From: Octopus vulgaris
Taxonomy: Eukaryota
NCBI GenBank assembly: GCA_951406725.2
Contig: OX597822.1
Span: 98,208,001-98,272,000 of the forward strand
Length of the DNA stretch: 64,000 nucleotides
Direction: 5' to 3'
In this document: piece after piece, positions 45,816 to 59,639 of the stretch
Position numbering within the stretch: the first letter of the stretch is position 1
How the letters are laid out: each line of letters opens with the position of its first letter
Program-made: the position numbers and the translations under genes
The notes under the pieces: generated by a model
What the model was told of the DNA's origin: nothing
Databases searched by the model: none
Seen by the model: only the letters and a program-made list of their open reading frames with translations

Positions 45816-46042
45816 GGCGGCGAGCTGGCAGAAACGTTAGCACGTCGGGCGAAATGCTTAGCGGTATTTCGTCTGCCGTTACGTTGTGAGTTCAAATTCC
45901 GCCGAGGTCGACTTTGCCTTTCATCCTTTCGGGGTCGATAAATTAAGTACCAATAACGCACTGGGGTCGATGTAATCGATTTAATCCCTTTGTCCTTGTT
46001 TGTCTCCTCTATGTTTAGCCCCTCGTGGGTAATAAAGAAATA
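45816..46042 (+). mobile_element. SINE family 3 (Meta-domain-like core GTCGACTTTGCCTTTCATCCTTTCGGGGTCGATAAATTAAGTACC), 16-bp TSD
   Basis: GAGTTCAAATTCC B box; TSD TATTTCTATGTATACA at 45799-45814 and 46043-46058. Confidence 0.9.
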
Positions 46043-46689
46043 TATTTCTATGTATACACCGTTTGAATGAACGTGTGAATGTAAAGTGGTGCAGGCGTAT
46101 AAATTGTTTCCCGAGTGATACACTGTAATCATGATTGAGCGAATGTAAAGGGGAACATGGCAACTGAAATTAAGTTTTACGGGCGATTGCTGTCGTAATA
46201 AAGTGATCACGTTTCCTCTGCAGAAAAAAGAAAAAACAAGGTATAAAGACAAAAAGACAACACATCTTTCTAGTTCATATTTTTACATCTTAGAGTATCA
46301 ATCTATTTTCATTAACAGCAAGAAATATTAATGCGAAAAGACAGTGAAGTCAAGGTTTTAATAAATATTTCAATCTTGATTTTTGCTTATATTCACTTAT
46401 CTTGGCCTATTTAGTTTATGATTAATATATTTGCCTTACACACACACAGACACACACATAAACACACACGCATACACACACACAACTACCATTATATGTA
46501 GGTATGCATACTTACGTGTGTACGAATATAAGTACATAAATGTATGTGTATAGGCATTTGTGTGTGTATATATGTACACGTATATGTATCTATATTTACG
46601 TATGGATATGTGTATATACATAAATATGTGTGTATACGTGTGTATGTTTGTAAGTAGATACATATGTCTACAACCCAGCCAATACATTC

Positions 46690-47120
46690 CTCCAGGAATG
46701 TGAAGACGCAGGCTGGAAAGCGGATCATTTTCCCATCGAAGTCGGATGTAGAGGGTTCGTTGGACACAGCGTGAGACGACTGTTGTTATCGCTAGGCCTA
46801 ACTCATCGTAAAGTCAATACCACCATGACCGATATCCAATCTACAGTGGAGAAGGCTAGCCACTGGATTTGGTTAAAAAGAGACGATGAGCGATGGCTAG
46901 AAGGATATTGAGCTTTATTTGATAACCAGCTGATCTAACAAGCGGGGCCTCATATCAGTGATGGGGGCCGGTGCGCATTGATGCTGTCGAGAGGTAGGCT
47001 CCGAAACGGCGCGCATTCTCTCCTGATGACCCCATACACTTGCTGGCTTCCGGTATACGGAGTTATTGACTGGTAGCACTTGGATGTGCAAGTTGTTTGC
47101 AAGACGTCTAAGAAGGAATG
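46690..47120 (+). mobile_element. 3' end of a HERO-like (R2-group, restriction-like endonuclease) non-LTR retrotransposon
   Basis: Frame not in the ORF track reads QECEDAGWKADHFPIEVGCRGFVG...VEKASHWIWLKR to the stop at about 46911. EVGCRGF and ASxWIW are typical RLE C-terminal motifs. Confidence 0.7.
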
Positions 47121-47399
47121 ACAAACTGTTTCAACGCTATTGATTTAATCTCATCTTTATGGAATGTTCTTTTCATTTGAGTCCTGTTGAGCTCAGAATC
47201 TTTAACGCAACTCCATATCGTAGATCTCCACGCTTCCCTATCTGCTGCAAATGATGCAATATAAGGGATGTAACATAATTAAAGGCATTTCAAATTTGAT
47301 TTTAAAGAATACTGTATCCTTTCTTCAGCTTACATTTTTTTCTGTTTTCGGGCATAAGTACACCATAAAGCGTTTATTTGAGAATTGCTCATATACATA

Positions 47400-47850
47400 C
47401 AGATGAGATGGATCGTACATCGTAGTTGACACTTAATAAGCATAGATTAGGCTGATGTGATTCTCACTTCAATAAGTTCAGTGTCAAGAATGAGTACTAC
47501 CTTATTTTGAGTATGTGGCGGAGATATTTTTAGTGAAATCATTCACAACTCATGTATATTGTCCGCGTTTGAGAACAATATACAACAATACTGACAGACC
47601 ATATGAGACATATAAGTCGATCTTTCTGTCAGCTCTGATATGGCACTATGGTAAGACTTTAGATTCTAGGCTGCTAAAGGCTTGTGCTGCCTTTGATTAG
47701 AAGTGATCTCTGCGTCTAGGTTTCCATCATATATCATGGTACCCAGACACTCAAAATAAGTCACCGCTTTAAGAACTGTACTCTTAACCAGTATCTGAAG
47801 TGCACTGAATAATTCTCCAGGGGTAGGTTGATGCAATACAACAGATGTTT
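47400..47850 (-). mobile_element. Old RTE-like LINE remnant
   Basis: LKAVTYFECLGTMIYDGNLDAEIT resembles the F.YLGS.I..DG..D.EI motif. Confidence 0.4.
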
Positions 47851-48039
47851 TCGAAAACAAAGGTATACACACTCACACACACACAAAGGTACATACACAC
47901 AGTCAAACATGCATAAAACTATATATACATAAATATACACATGCGTAAGGGTATATATAAATATCACACATAAACATGCATAAAGTTATATATACATATC
48001 TATACACAAATTTGCGTAAAAGTATATATTTACATGTTG

Positions 48040-48580
48040 TTTGGGATAAGTTTAACAAGTTTCATGTCTTTTTATTTTTCAGGGACAGCTTCATGTTCTG
48101 ATGAACATTCAACGGTGTTGGAGGCCATAAAAGATTAGAGTTGGTTGAAAAAAAAGTTAGCTGACATGGAGGTTTCTCGCCATACCTCCGGAAAGAGTCA
48201 GAAGTGGTTGTCGAAGGATGTTATAAGTCTTCACCAAACCAAATTTCTGGCCTCCCAATTACCACGATTATAATACCATGGACTATTAAGTGTGGGGTGC
48301 GGTTGAGAAAGACAATAACTCCTCTGTTTGCAACATCTAGGACGAGCTGGTGGCCAAGACCCTGGTGGTGTTCGAAGATCTCAGGGACGGAGTGAAAAGA
48401 ATCCGGTGTCTGGAGCTATCGTGAGGCCGTGGTGGAAGCTGAGGGTAGCTGCACTGAGTACACAGTTATCTCCCATCCTTATTCTAGATGATATTTTCTT
48501 GATTTTTCAAAGTACTCTTACTTTTGAATAGGATACAGTGTTTCCATTTCCTTGTATACAAACTGTCAAATTTAGCACGA
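48040..48580 (+). mobile_element. Degenerate Tc1/mariner transposase 3' part
   Basis: WPPNYHDYNTMDY*VWGAVEK at about 48248-48310 is a decayed WPPNSPDLNPMDY.VW motif. Confidence 0.6.
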
Positions 48581-48939
48581 ACACAGTGTAAATATATATA
48601 CAGACACATGAGCATAATTATATATAAGCATATATAAACACACACACATAAAGGTACGTATACACACACGCGCATAGAGCACTCCGAGGTGCACACATGT
48701 GAACATATAGAGAAAGGTGCATATACATGTGTATATATATTCACACACACACAGGTATATACAAAAACATATATATATTCATACAAACAAATGTATATAA
48801 TATATATTCATACATACACACAGAAATATACATATATATTCACACACACACAGACGTACATGCATATATATTTATACACACACAGGGACGCACATACATA
48901 TATAGTCATAAATATACACAGAGACGCACATACATATAT

Positions 48940-49765
48940 ATTTATACACACACAGGTATAAACATATATATACATACACACACAGGTATATACATATATA
49001 TACACACACACACAGGTATATACATGCATATTTGTACGTACACACAGGTATGTACATATATTCATACACACACAGGTATATACATATATTCATATACACA
49101 CACAGGTATATACATATATTCATATACACACACAGGTATATACATATATTCATATACACACACAGGTATATACATATATTCATATACACACACAGGTATA
49201 TACATATATTCATATACACACACAGGTATATACATATATTCATATACACACACAGGTATATACATATATTCATATACACACACAGGTATATATATATATT
49301 CATACACACACAGGTATATATATATATTCATACACACACAGGTATATATATATATTCATACACACACAGGTATATACATATATATTCATACACACACAGG
49401 TATATACATATATATTCATACACACACAGGTATATACATATATATTCATACACACACACACAGGTATATACATATATATTCATACACACACACAAGGTAT
49501 ATACATATATATTCATACACACACAAGTAATCTACATATATATTCATACACACACAGGTATATACATATATATTCATACACACACACACAGGTATATACA
49601 TATATATTCATACACACACACAAGTATATACATATATATTCATACACACACACAAGTATATACATATATATTCATACACACACACAAGTATATACATATA
49701 TATTCATACACACACACACACACATAGATATATACATATATATTCATACACACACAGGTATATAC
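48940..49765 (+). repeat. About 30-bp minisatellite GGTATATACATATATTCATATACACACACA
   Basis: Exact 30-bp period at 49075-49285; 28-34-bp variants on either side. Confidence 0.92.
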
Positions 49766-49767
49766 AA

Positions 49768-51600
49768 TGCTAACAACCTTAAAGTTAGTGACAGGATGGA
49801 ATACCTCCCCCTACAGCAACCCTTTATTACCCTAAAGGACCATTAAGCTAATTTCAATAGAAACCCTAATTGTAGACTAATTAACCCAGCTAAAACTGAA
49901 ATAGGCATTATTAGCAAATATATTTTAGATCGTATTTGAAGCAAATTAAAGAGAGTATTAAATTTGCGGGTTTGGAAAAAGAGCAAGACCGTGATAGACC
50001 GTGATAGATTGGTTCAAAGGGATTAGCCATGGGAATAACTGCAAATTTACGCGGTTTGATATTGTCGATTTTTATCCGTCAATATCTAGGCCTTTCCTTC
50101 TAAAAGCATTAGACTTCACCAAGCAGTATGTTACCATCGATAGCTCGGAAATAGATATTATCCTGCATGCAAGGAAACCCCTTCCTTATAACGAAGATTC
50201 CACCTGGGTCAAGAAGAGTGAGGATTCTCTTTTCGATGTACCGATGCAGGATTATACAGGGATGATTGTCATATTCAAACGGCCATGAGTTAGAATCTGA
50301 TCACTTTCTTCCAAAAATGGGCTTATCGATTACGATAGAAAGTAACCTCAAAAGCGTAGATTTTTAGATATCAACGTAGATTTACAATTAGATAAATTTA
50401 AGCTCTATCGTAAGCCCAATGAAAAGCTGCGTTATATTAGCAAAGATTCTAATCATCGTAATTCGTAAGAGCCTAGTAAATAATGTAGGAAGGCGAATAT
50501 AAATTTCTTCAGATGAAACTGCATTTCAAAATGCTGCGCCGTATTACAACAATGCATTAAGGAAAAGTGTATTTTCGGAGAAGATCCAGTATATTCCATT
50601 TAATTCTAGCAATAATAGACCACCTAGGACTAGAACTGTGAACGTTTTGTGGTTTAACCCTGCATTTAATATTGCCGTTAAAACTATATAGGTAGGGAGT
50701 GGAGGCGCAATGGCCCAGTAGTTAGGGCAGCGGACTCGCGGTCGTAGGTTTCGATTCCCAGACCGGGCGTTGTGAGTGTTTATTGAGCGAAAACACCTAA
50801 AAGCTCCACGAGGCTCCGGCAGGGATGGTGGTGATCCCTGCTGTACTCTTTCACCAAAACTTTCTCTCACTCTTACTTCCTGTTTCTGTTGTACCTGTAT
50901 TTTCAAAGGGCCGGCCTTAAATATCCCCGAGAACTGCGTTAAGTGCACGTGTCTGTGGAGTGCTCAGCCACTTACACGTTAATTTCACGAGCAGACTGTT
51001 CCGTTGATCGGATCAACCGGAACCCTCGTCGTCGTAACCGACGGAGTGCTTCCATAGGTAGGGAATTCTTAAAATTAGTTTCTGAGCATTTTAATGAGAG
51101 AACACTGAAGGTTAGCACAACACGAAACTTATTCAACTGCAAAGATAAGACTTGCTGTCTGTTGGAAGGAAAATGTATTGAAAAAGGTATTGTTTATAGA
51201 GCCAAAGTGTAAGTAGACGGCTGGCAAGAATATAAGGGGTTTCGGAAAATTCATTCTGCATTCACCGAAATTCTTTCCGATACCTCGAGAACAGGGCAAC
51301 GACTAGTCCTGCAAAACATGTCTGGGAATTGAAAGAGAACCAAACCCGTCCTTTCAACGTAATCTGGGAAATTCTAGAAAAAGCATCAGCATACAGACAT
51401 GGAGCTTACAAAAGACCTATGAAATGTAATCTTTCTTTCTCAGAAAAGTTCATCCTGTTCCATGATGAAAAATGCTTTCATCCAGAGATGCAGCTTGCTC
51501 TTAAATTCCTGCAGGCACGCTGCAAAGTTTTAAATGTCAACCGACAAAATATCGTATGGGTAAAATATTTTGACTTTCGAAAAATTGTTAAATGTTGCAT
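49768..51600 (+). mobile_element. Degenerate Penelope-like element (RT + C-terminal GIY-YIG-type nuclease; resembles the Naiad/Chlamys type), interrupted by a SINE
   Basis: [58 protein letters not shown]...IGREFLKLV, NCKDKTCCLLEGKC..KGIVYRAKV, CNL...EK; many stops and frameshifts. Confidence 0.8.
50699..51053 (+). mobile_element. SINE family 2 copy inserted in the Penelope-like element, 11-bp TSD
   Basis: TSD ATAGGTAGGGA at 50688-50698 and 51054-51064; removing the SINE rejoins AVKTYIG and REFLKLV. Confidence 0.93.
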
Positions 51601-51935
51601 TTGAATTTGACTTTACACGCCATAGTTATTTTGCACTGCAATGCTAGTGGATATTTCAACTTCACTCTTAAGAAAGCCTTCGACTGTTTTATAATTTTAA
51701 GCTTAAGCTTCGCCGATGTTTTTTATCTTTATTTTTACTTATTTTAATTATGGTAATCAAATTAATGTACAATTTTTATATTTTTTCATTTTAATATTAT
51801 ATATACCGGACAGTTTTTAAAATTATTTGCATATATACGTTATGGTGTATATATCTATCTTGATGTGAAGATATGTCTCTATATATTTATGTGCGTGTAT
51901 TGCAGGTATGTATATGTATGTATATGTGCATGCGT

Positions 51936-51981
<46 letters not shown>

Positions 51982-52404
51982 GTATACGCATATACATAAT
52001 GATCTAATTTCGAGTGAACTTTCGTTATTTTTCCTTCTATATCTACGTGAATTGTTTTTGAGTATACATTGTCTGGGAGACTCTTCTTACAGTGGAAGAA
52101 ATAGCTAAATTTTTTGGCTGCTATTTCTAAAAGTTCGGTATGTGGTAAAGCAATTTTTTTGCTGAACCCTAATTATATAAAGTAATGTTTAAATTTACCG
52201 TAAATGGTCCTTTTACATACTGAACACTGCTTGGTAAAATTATTAATTACTAATTATTTAATTAATTTTACCCTTTATTATTATTGACAATATATATATA
52301 TATATGTGTATGTGTGTATATATATATATATATATGTGTATGTGTGTGTATATATATATATATGTGTATGTGTGTGTATATATATATATATATATATGTG
52401 TGTA

Positions 52405-52437
<33 letters not shown>

Positions 52438-52450
52438 GTGTATATGTGTA

Positions 52451-52489
<39 letters not shown>

Positions 52490-53035
52490 GGTGGCTACCC
52501 CCTCGTTATTGAGTATGGCCGTTGCACGAAGCTTAATCAATGTTGTTATTGTGCAATGCTTGTGCAAGAAGATTTTTTTAAAGTGAGGAAAGGCTGTGCA
52601 CTGAGTCAATGCCACTCAATAAGCAACAGTAGCCATAATCCGAAAAGAAGAACAAGTCGACATCATCGGTAATCACTGAGCCGCAGGTTTTATGTCGGAG
52701 TTATCCCAGTTACCTGAGTTACGTTCTGCTAGAAGGATGTCCTAACAAAGTCTAGGAGTCCTTCACTCCCAATGATTTAACCGCGCGATCGGATATTCAG
52801 TCCGATTATTTCTATGTCCCAGCGCATGATACTGCCTTAAGACATTTATTGGATGGCCGTTGACTCTCAAGAGTTCCTCCGCCCTTTGACGGGTTTTGTT
52901 TTTCATCCCGCAGGGTGTCCAATAAACACCCTCCTCACCAAGCAAGCTTGGTGGGGTTGCCGGTTTAGTCGCCGACGACCATGCAACAGGTTGTACTGGG
53001 TTACATGTTACCAGTAGCACTCGAAAGTTACCTGG
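52490..53035 (-). mobile_element. GC-richer interspersed element inserted in TA repeats, possibly a non-autonomous RTE derivative
   Basis: Sharp compositional island with (TA)n/(CA)n on both sides and no long ORF; family assignment is by resemblance only. Confidence 0.35.
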
Positions 53036-53036
53036 C

Positions 53037-53072
53037 ATATATATAAACACATGTATACATATATATGTAAAT

Positions 53073-53137
<65 letters not shown>

Positions 53138-53148
53138 CACACACACAC

Positions 53149-53195
<47 letters not shown>

Positions 53196-53234
53196 CACAC
53201 ACACACACACACACATATATACACACACACACAC

Positions 53235-53267
<33 letters not shown>

Positions 53268-53272
53268 TATAT

Positions 53273-53343
<71 letters not shown>

Positions 53344-53406
53344 TATATATATATATACACACACACACATATATATATATATACACACACACATATATAT
53401 ATATAT

Positions 53407-53481
<75 letters not shown>

Positions 53482-53554
53482 TATATATATATAAATATAT
53501 ATATATACAGACACGCACACACGCACACACACATATACACACACACACATACAT

Positions 53555-53596
<42 letters not shown>

Positions 53597-53600
53597 GCAT
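53037..53600 (+). repeat. (CA)n/(TA)n compound microsatellite; the opposite-polarity (TG)n/(TA)n tract is at 52289-52490
   Basis: Direct reading. Confidence 0.95.
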
Positions 53601-54157
53601 ATATGAATGTATATGTGTATATATTTTTATATACGTGTGTATATTCGTATGAATGTTTGTACTTATGTAGATATACATATAATTTTTTGCGTGCGTTTTT
53701 ATGTGTTCGTTGCGAAAGCTAAACGGTGTATCTAACCGATCTTAGATGCTTTTCGCACGCCGTTATATAACAATGTTTACCCCTATCGATTTTCCCTTTC
53801 TTTCTCTAATTTTCTGTTTATCTTTCTTTTAATTCTTTTTCATCTTTTCCACTGAATTCTTCCTTCCCTCATACTCAAAATTTTCTGATTTTTTCCCCCT
53901 CTTTCTTTCACCTGTAACAACTAACTTGCATAAGCATACGCCAAGAGATTTTGTGCGCGTGCGTATGTGTGCGTACATACACATGCATCTGTATATATAT
54001 TTATGTTTTGCGTGCATGCGTCTGTATGTTTAGTGTATATATGTATATTATAGATTGTTTGGTATGCGTATATACTGCTAAATGTATATGTAATTTAGCG
54101 TGTAAAAATGTTTGAACTGATGTAACTTTTAATATATTAATTGATTAATATTTTACT

Positions 54158-54345
54158 TATTTCTTTATTACCCACAAGGGGCTAAACACAGAGAGGACAA
54201 AAAAAGGACAGACATAGGTATTAAGTCGATTACATCGACCCCAGTGCGTAACTGGTACTTAATTTATCGACCCCGAAAGGATGAAAGGCAAAGTTGACCT
54301 CGGCGGAATTTGAACTCACAACGTAACGGCAGACGAAATACCGCA
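54158..54345 (-). mobile_element. SINE family 3 copy, 5'-truncated
   Basis: Reverse complement matches 45860-46040. Confidence 0.87.
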
Positions 54346-54725
54346 AACCCTGGGTATTCAGGTTCTGTCCTTCTTTAAGAGCTATTTTTGATTTAAGGTT
54401 TTCTTCGATTTTTTTAAATCATGATTTTATACGTAACTATGTTATTGCATGCAACCGGTCACCGAACAGACCGTTAGTTGAAAGGACCAATGAAACAAAG
54501 CCATTTTCAAGAATGTATTGAACTAATTTTATTTTTCTTATAACCTTATTTTTGTTTCATTCTAAACAAAACTGTCTGGCGAACGGGAACATGAAACTGA
54601 ATAACAGTTTTTTGTGATATTTTTGCTGTTTTTTAATAAAGCATATTTCTATTCTACCTTGGTATTCGAGTACTATTTTTTCCACCTTGTTTCGCATTTA
54701 TGTGCTTACTCTGATGTACACACAC

Positions 54726-54807
<82 letters not shown>

Positions 54808-54921
54808 ATTTATATTCATACACACACATATATATGTATATATATACACAAACATATGTATATATATATATATATATATACACAAACATATGTATATATA
54901 TATATATATATATACACAAAC

Positions 54922-54967
<46 letters not shown>

Positions 54968-54989
54968 ACAAACCCACAAATGTGTTCTC

Positions 54990-55132
54990 ATTCTTTTACT
55001 TGTATGTCATTTGATAGGGGCCATGCAACGCTTTGAAGAGTTTTTAGTCGAATCGACCCCCAGGAATATTTATCGTTCTAACGGCTAAGTTTCTGTGACG
55101 GAAACACACCAACACCGGTTGTCAGGCGGTGG

Positions 55133-55135
<3 letters not shown>
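54990..55135 (-). mobile_element. SINE family 1, degenerate 3' half followed by (TA)n
   Basis: TCTTTTACTTG..GTCATTTGA..GGCCATGC ... ACACCAACACCGGTTGTCAGGCG, then (TA)n. Confidence 0.65.
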
Positions 55136-55169
<34 letters not shown>

Positions 55170-55415
55170 AGTTTTTTTTTATTATTTTGCAATTTACTTA
55201 ATCATCGGTATATTATTGTTATTTTATTTTTAATATTTCTATTATATGTAATTTTCTGGATGGTGTAATTTATTTGTTCCTTTTGAATTGATAAAAGGTG
55301 GGTTTTTTTAATATATATATATATATTATATTTTGTGAAATTTGATTTAGTATTTCGAAATTGAATTTTTCCCTGTAAGTTAGGAATAATATTCCCTCAA
55401 ATTATTATTATTATT

Positions 55416-55459
<44 letters not shown>

Positions 55460-55461
<2 letters not shown>

Positions 55462-57050
55462 CTGCCAGGAAGGACAAAGAGAAATACTGGAATAAGGAAT
55501 GTGCAAGTGCAGAGGAGGCATACAGGAAAGGGAACATAAGAGAACTTTACCAACATGTAAAGAAGACCCGTACAGCATTCATGGCCAGACAAGCAACCAT
55601 CCGAGGGAGAAATGGTGAAGAACTGCATGATCAAGAAGGGATCAGGAAAATATGGAAAGAGTACACTGAACAGTTGTATGCAGGGAACAACCTCGATGAA
55701 CAGGCAGAAGTGAAGCCACTGGAACTGAAACTGGAGCCAGACATCCTGGAGGATGAGGTGGTATGGGCTATGAAACAGCTGACCAACCGAAAAGCCCCAG
55801 GTACTGATTGTATTCCACTAGAATTACTCGAGCCAATACCAACAAAAACACTAACACCGCTTTGCCAACGAATATGGAGAACCTGTAAGTGGCCAAGGGA
55901 ATGGAAGAGGTCAGTTTTCTTCCCAATACCAAAGAAAAAGGATACCAAGGACTGCGCAAACTACCGTACCATCACCCTGATCCCCCATGTAAGCGAAATT
56001 CTCCTTAAAATCATCCAGAAGCGCCTGAACACAACTATTGAGAGAGAATTGCCAGAGGTGCAAGCTGGTTTCAGAAAGGGAAGAGGTACCCGCGATCACA
56101 TTGCCAATCTACGGTGGATTTTGGAAAAGGCAAGAGAATACCAAAAGAAGCTGTACATGTGTTTCATCGATTACTCCAAAGCCTTTGACAGCATTGATCA
56201 TGACAAGTTATGGAAATGTCTGGAGGAAATGGGAACACCTTTACACCATGTCCAGCTTATTAGATCACTCTATCAAAACCAAGAGGCTACAGTATGGACA
56301 CCATATGGCGACACTGATTGGTTTGAGATTGGAAAAGGCACTCGGCAAGGTTGCATCCTGTCACCAGCAGCCTTCAACATGTACGCTGAAAAGGTCATGA
56401 GGAATGCAGGCCTGGAGGATAGTAGCATTGGAGAGAGGATTGGAGGAAGAGATATTAATAACCTTCGCTATGCAGATGATACAGCCCTGCTGGCGGAGAG
56501 TGGTAAGGATCTGGAGGATCTTGTCCTGCTGGTCAAGAAAGAGAGTGAGAAATTTGGGCTGTACCTCAATGTTAAGAAAACGAAGATCATGTCAACAGCA
56601 GCCACAACAAACATCAGCATCAAGATCGATAATGAAGAGATTGAAGTGGTTGATGATTTCATCTTCCTTGGCTCCAAAATAAATCGAGATGGTGACTCCA
56701 CTCCAGAAATAAGACGGCGGATAGTACTAGGCAGAGAGACAATGGTCAGCATGAGCAGGGTCTGGAAGAGTAGATACATCAGACTCGCTACCAAATGCAG
56801 ATTGGTGAATGCAATTGTCTTCCCAATAGCAACATATGGATGCGAGACCTGGACACTAAAGAAAGCTGACCAGAAGAGAATTAATGCATTCAAGCTTTGG
56901 TGTTGGAGAAGACTTTTACGGATTGACACCATCAAGAGCGATACCGGAATGGAGATAGCCAATCTGAAAGAAGCGGCCCAGGATAGAACGACTGGAGGAC
57001 ACTGATCCAACGAGTGATCGAGAGTCGACTTCGACTGAGCGGTTAGAGAA
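55460..57050 (+). mobile_element. RTE (BovB-like) LINE, 5'-truncated, open RT ORF with an in-frame C-terminal deletion
   Basis: NYRTITLIPH, QAGFRKGRGTRDHI, CFIDYSKAFD, RQGCILSP, LRYADD, YGCETWT, LWCWRRLLRI. BovB-like 3' end GAGTCGACTTCGACTGAGCG. (TA)n on both sides. Confidence 0.93.
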
Positions 57051-57062
57051 ATATATATATAT

Positions 57063-57270
57063 AGGGAGAGTTTAGGAAAAAACAAAAGACGAAGACAGGT
57101 GGTGTACAAAACAAACAGATGTATTAGTATAACGCCCAGAAATAGAAAAAGTCTTTTACGTTTCGAGCCTACGATCTTCTACAGAAAGGGACACAGAAAA
57201 ATCAAGGAGAGAAACAAGGAGAGAAAAAATGTGTGTAGTGGCTAACGATCAATCATGGCGACTGGCGACT
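57063..57270 (-). mobile_element. Penelope pseudo-LTR-like fragment with a degenerate hammerhead-like motif (57153-57188)
   Basis: Reverse complement CTTT-CTGTAGA-A-GATC-GTAG-GCTC-GAAA-CG-TA-AAAG; (TA)n on both sides. Confidence 0.55.
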
Positions 57271-57889
57271 ATATATATATATATATATATATATAAACAC
57301 ACTGAGAACGGGCTAACACATGCACTCACCAACGAACTGCTGTAGCGAGCAAACTGAATCCCTTTCCTGAGATAGTGTGTTGCTACCAGCATTCTGTCAG
57401 CATTCGATCCGAGGAATCCTAAGCAGTAATCGAGAGCACAGCCGAAGTTTTAACACCATGTGACCAGCGTTAACCAACAGCCGCCCAATACCCAGAGGAC
57501 ATCTTGATCTCCTGTACACTCATGAGATTATCAAACTTGGATGGAGCTGAAAACACATTTACATAACGAGTGCAAGCGTGCTTGCCTGCGCGCGTGCGTG
57601 TATGTATGTGTGTGTGCACGCGTGCGTGTGTAAGTGATGAATCGTGAAGCACACGCGCTGTTTATTTGAACAATCACCTTTGTAGTTCTAAGTGAAGTTT
57701 GAAATATAACATTCCGGGTTTCAAAACTTTAAGCAACGTTTTCCTTTGGTGATCTATTACAGTGTGACTAAGGACACACACACCAGCGTACGAACACTCA
57801 CACGCGTACACATATTAATTTTCCTTCCCCAAGGTATTTTCATTGTGTATGATATATGTATGTCTGTGTTTATACACACACACACACAC

Positions 57890-57939
<50 letters not shown>

Positions 57940-58532
57940 TGAACTTGAAATATAAATAAACTGTTGGCATGGAAGACTCGAATTTCAAATTATTACCGTG
58001 CATTTTACATTACATAAGTAAACCAGAAGAAAGGTGATTAGATAGATACCTGAAATATAAACATACACACACACACACAATTGTTTATAACTTTGGCATG
58101 TGTACTGTTGCATACACTGCTTCATTCGAAATGTGTGTTGGAGTACTCAGAAGTGGATTTGTCATCATTTATATGTAGAAACGTATCTGAATATAACATT
58201 TGTTTATTTGTAGGAACAATATGGGATTACATCTGAAGCGAATTCATGTAGTGCAGACAAGTAAATATAAAAACAGATACGGAAAAGATGAATATGAGAA
58301 CTGTCTAGCAGTTCAGTTAGGTTCGTAACCAGCTGAAAGCATCAGAGTGCGCGCGTGTGCATATGTAGATACACACACACACTTAATCACACATCTATGG
58401 ACATGAATATGCATATGCGTGTGTATATGTATATATATATATGTATATATACACAAGCGTGTGCATATAAATATATATATATATTTAGATGAGTACACAT
58501 ATATACATACATATGCAGATTATATATATTTG

Positions 58533-58581
<49 letters not shown>

Positions 58582-58630
58582 TTAGATGAGTACACACACA
58601 CACATGCACAGACGTATGTGGCTGTGTATA

Positions 58631-58793
58631 GGCGTAGGAGTGGTTGTGTGGTAAGTAGCTTGCTTACGAACCACATGGTTCCGGGTTCAGTCCCACTGCC
58701 TGGCACCATGGGCAAGTGCCTTCTACTATAGACTCGAACCGACCAAAGCCTTGTGAGTGGATTTGGTAGACGGAAACTGAAAGAAGCCCGTCG

Positions 58794-58874
<81 letters not shown>

Positions 58875-59052
58875 CTGTGTGTATACGTTTGTGTGTCTGA
58901 GCTTGACAACCGATGCTGGTGTGTTTACGTCCCCGTAACTTAACGATTCGGCAAAACAGACCGATAGAATAAGTACCAGGCTTACAAAGAATAAGTCCTG
59001 TGGTCGATTTGCTCGAGCATGGCCACAGTCAAATGACTGAAACAAGTAAAAG
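58631..59052 (+). mobile_element. SINE family 1 copy with expanded internal (TA)n(TG)n
   Basis: GGCGTAGGAGTGG...GGTTCAGTCCC head; microsatellite at 58794-58884; ends CAGTCAAATGACTGAAACAAGTAAAAG. Confidence 0.9.
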
Positions 59053-59056
59053 TGTT

Positions 59057-59104
<48 letters not shown>

Positions 59105-59121
59105 AATTAGAAAAAAAAACA

Positions 59122-59395
59122 CCTTTTATCAATTCAATAATGAAAAATTAAATTATACCATTTAGAAAAATTACATATTATAGAAAGATTAAATATAAGA
59201 TAAAACATATAACGATGATTAAGTAATGTGCAAAATAATAAATAAAACATATATATTTGGTATATACGTTTAATTTTTTTATTTTGCACATTACTTAATC
59301 ATTGTTATATGTTTTATCGTATATTTAATCTTTCTATAATATGTAATTTTTCTAAATGGTATAATTTAATTTTTCATTATTGAATTGATAAAAGA
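59122..59395. repeat. Long AT-rich inverted repeat (about 120-bp arms, about 30-bp spacer); a related half-copy lies at 55168-55420
   Basis: Arms are near-perfect reverse complements with 2-3 mismatches; the downstream ATTATATTTTGTGAAATTTGATTTAG...ATATTCCCTC block recurs at 55325-55400. Confidence 0.88.
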
Positions 59396-59501
59396 TGGTT
59401 CTTTTCTATTTTATATATATATATATATTATATTTTGTGAAATTTGATTTAGAATTTCTAAATTGAATTTTTCCCTGTTAGTTTGGAATAATATTCCCTC
59501 A

Positions 59502-59535
<34 letters not shown>

Positions 59536-59639
59536 TGAAATCGTAGGTATGTAGTGCATGGGGCTAGCAAACCCACTCCATAAAGCATTCACCTGTATGG
59601 ACTTGGCATAACTTGGAAAACTAGGAAGAAGACACCATA

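Noticed and set aside
46995-47035. GAAAC...CTGATGA in the HERO-like 3' UTR as a permuted hammerhead
   Set aside because: I could not build convincing stems I-III around the core.
48940-49765. Regular 30-bp periodicity suggestive of a CRISPR array
   Set aside because: There are no unique spacers or cas genes, and the context is eukaryotic; it is a minisatellite.
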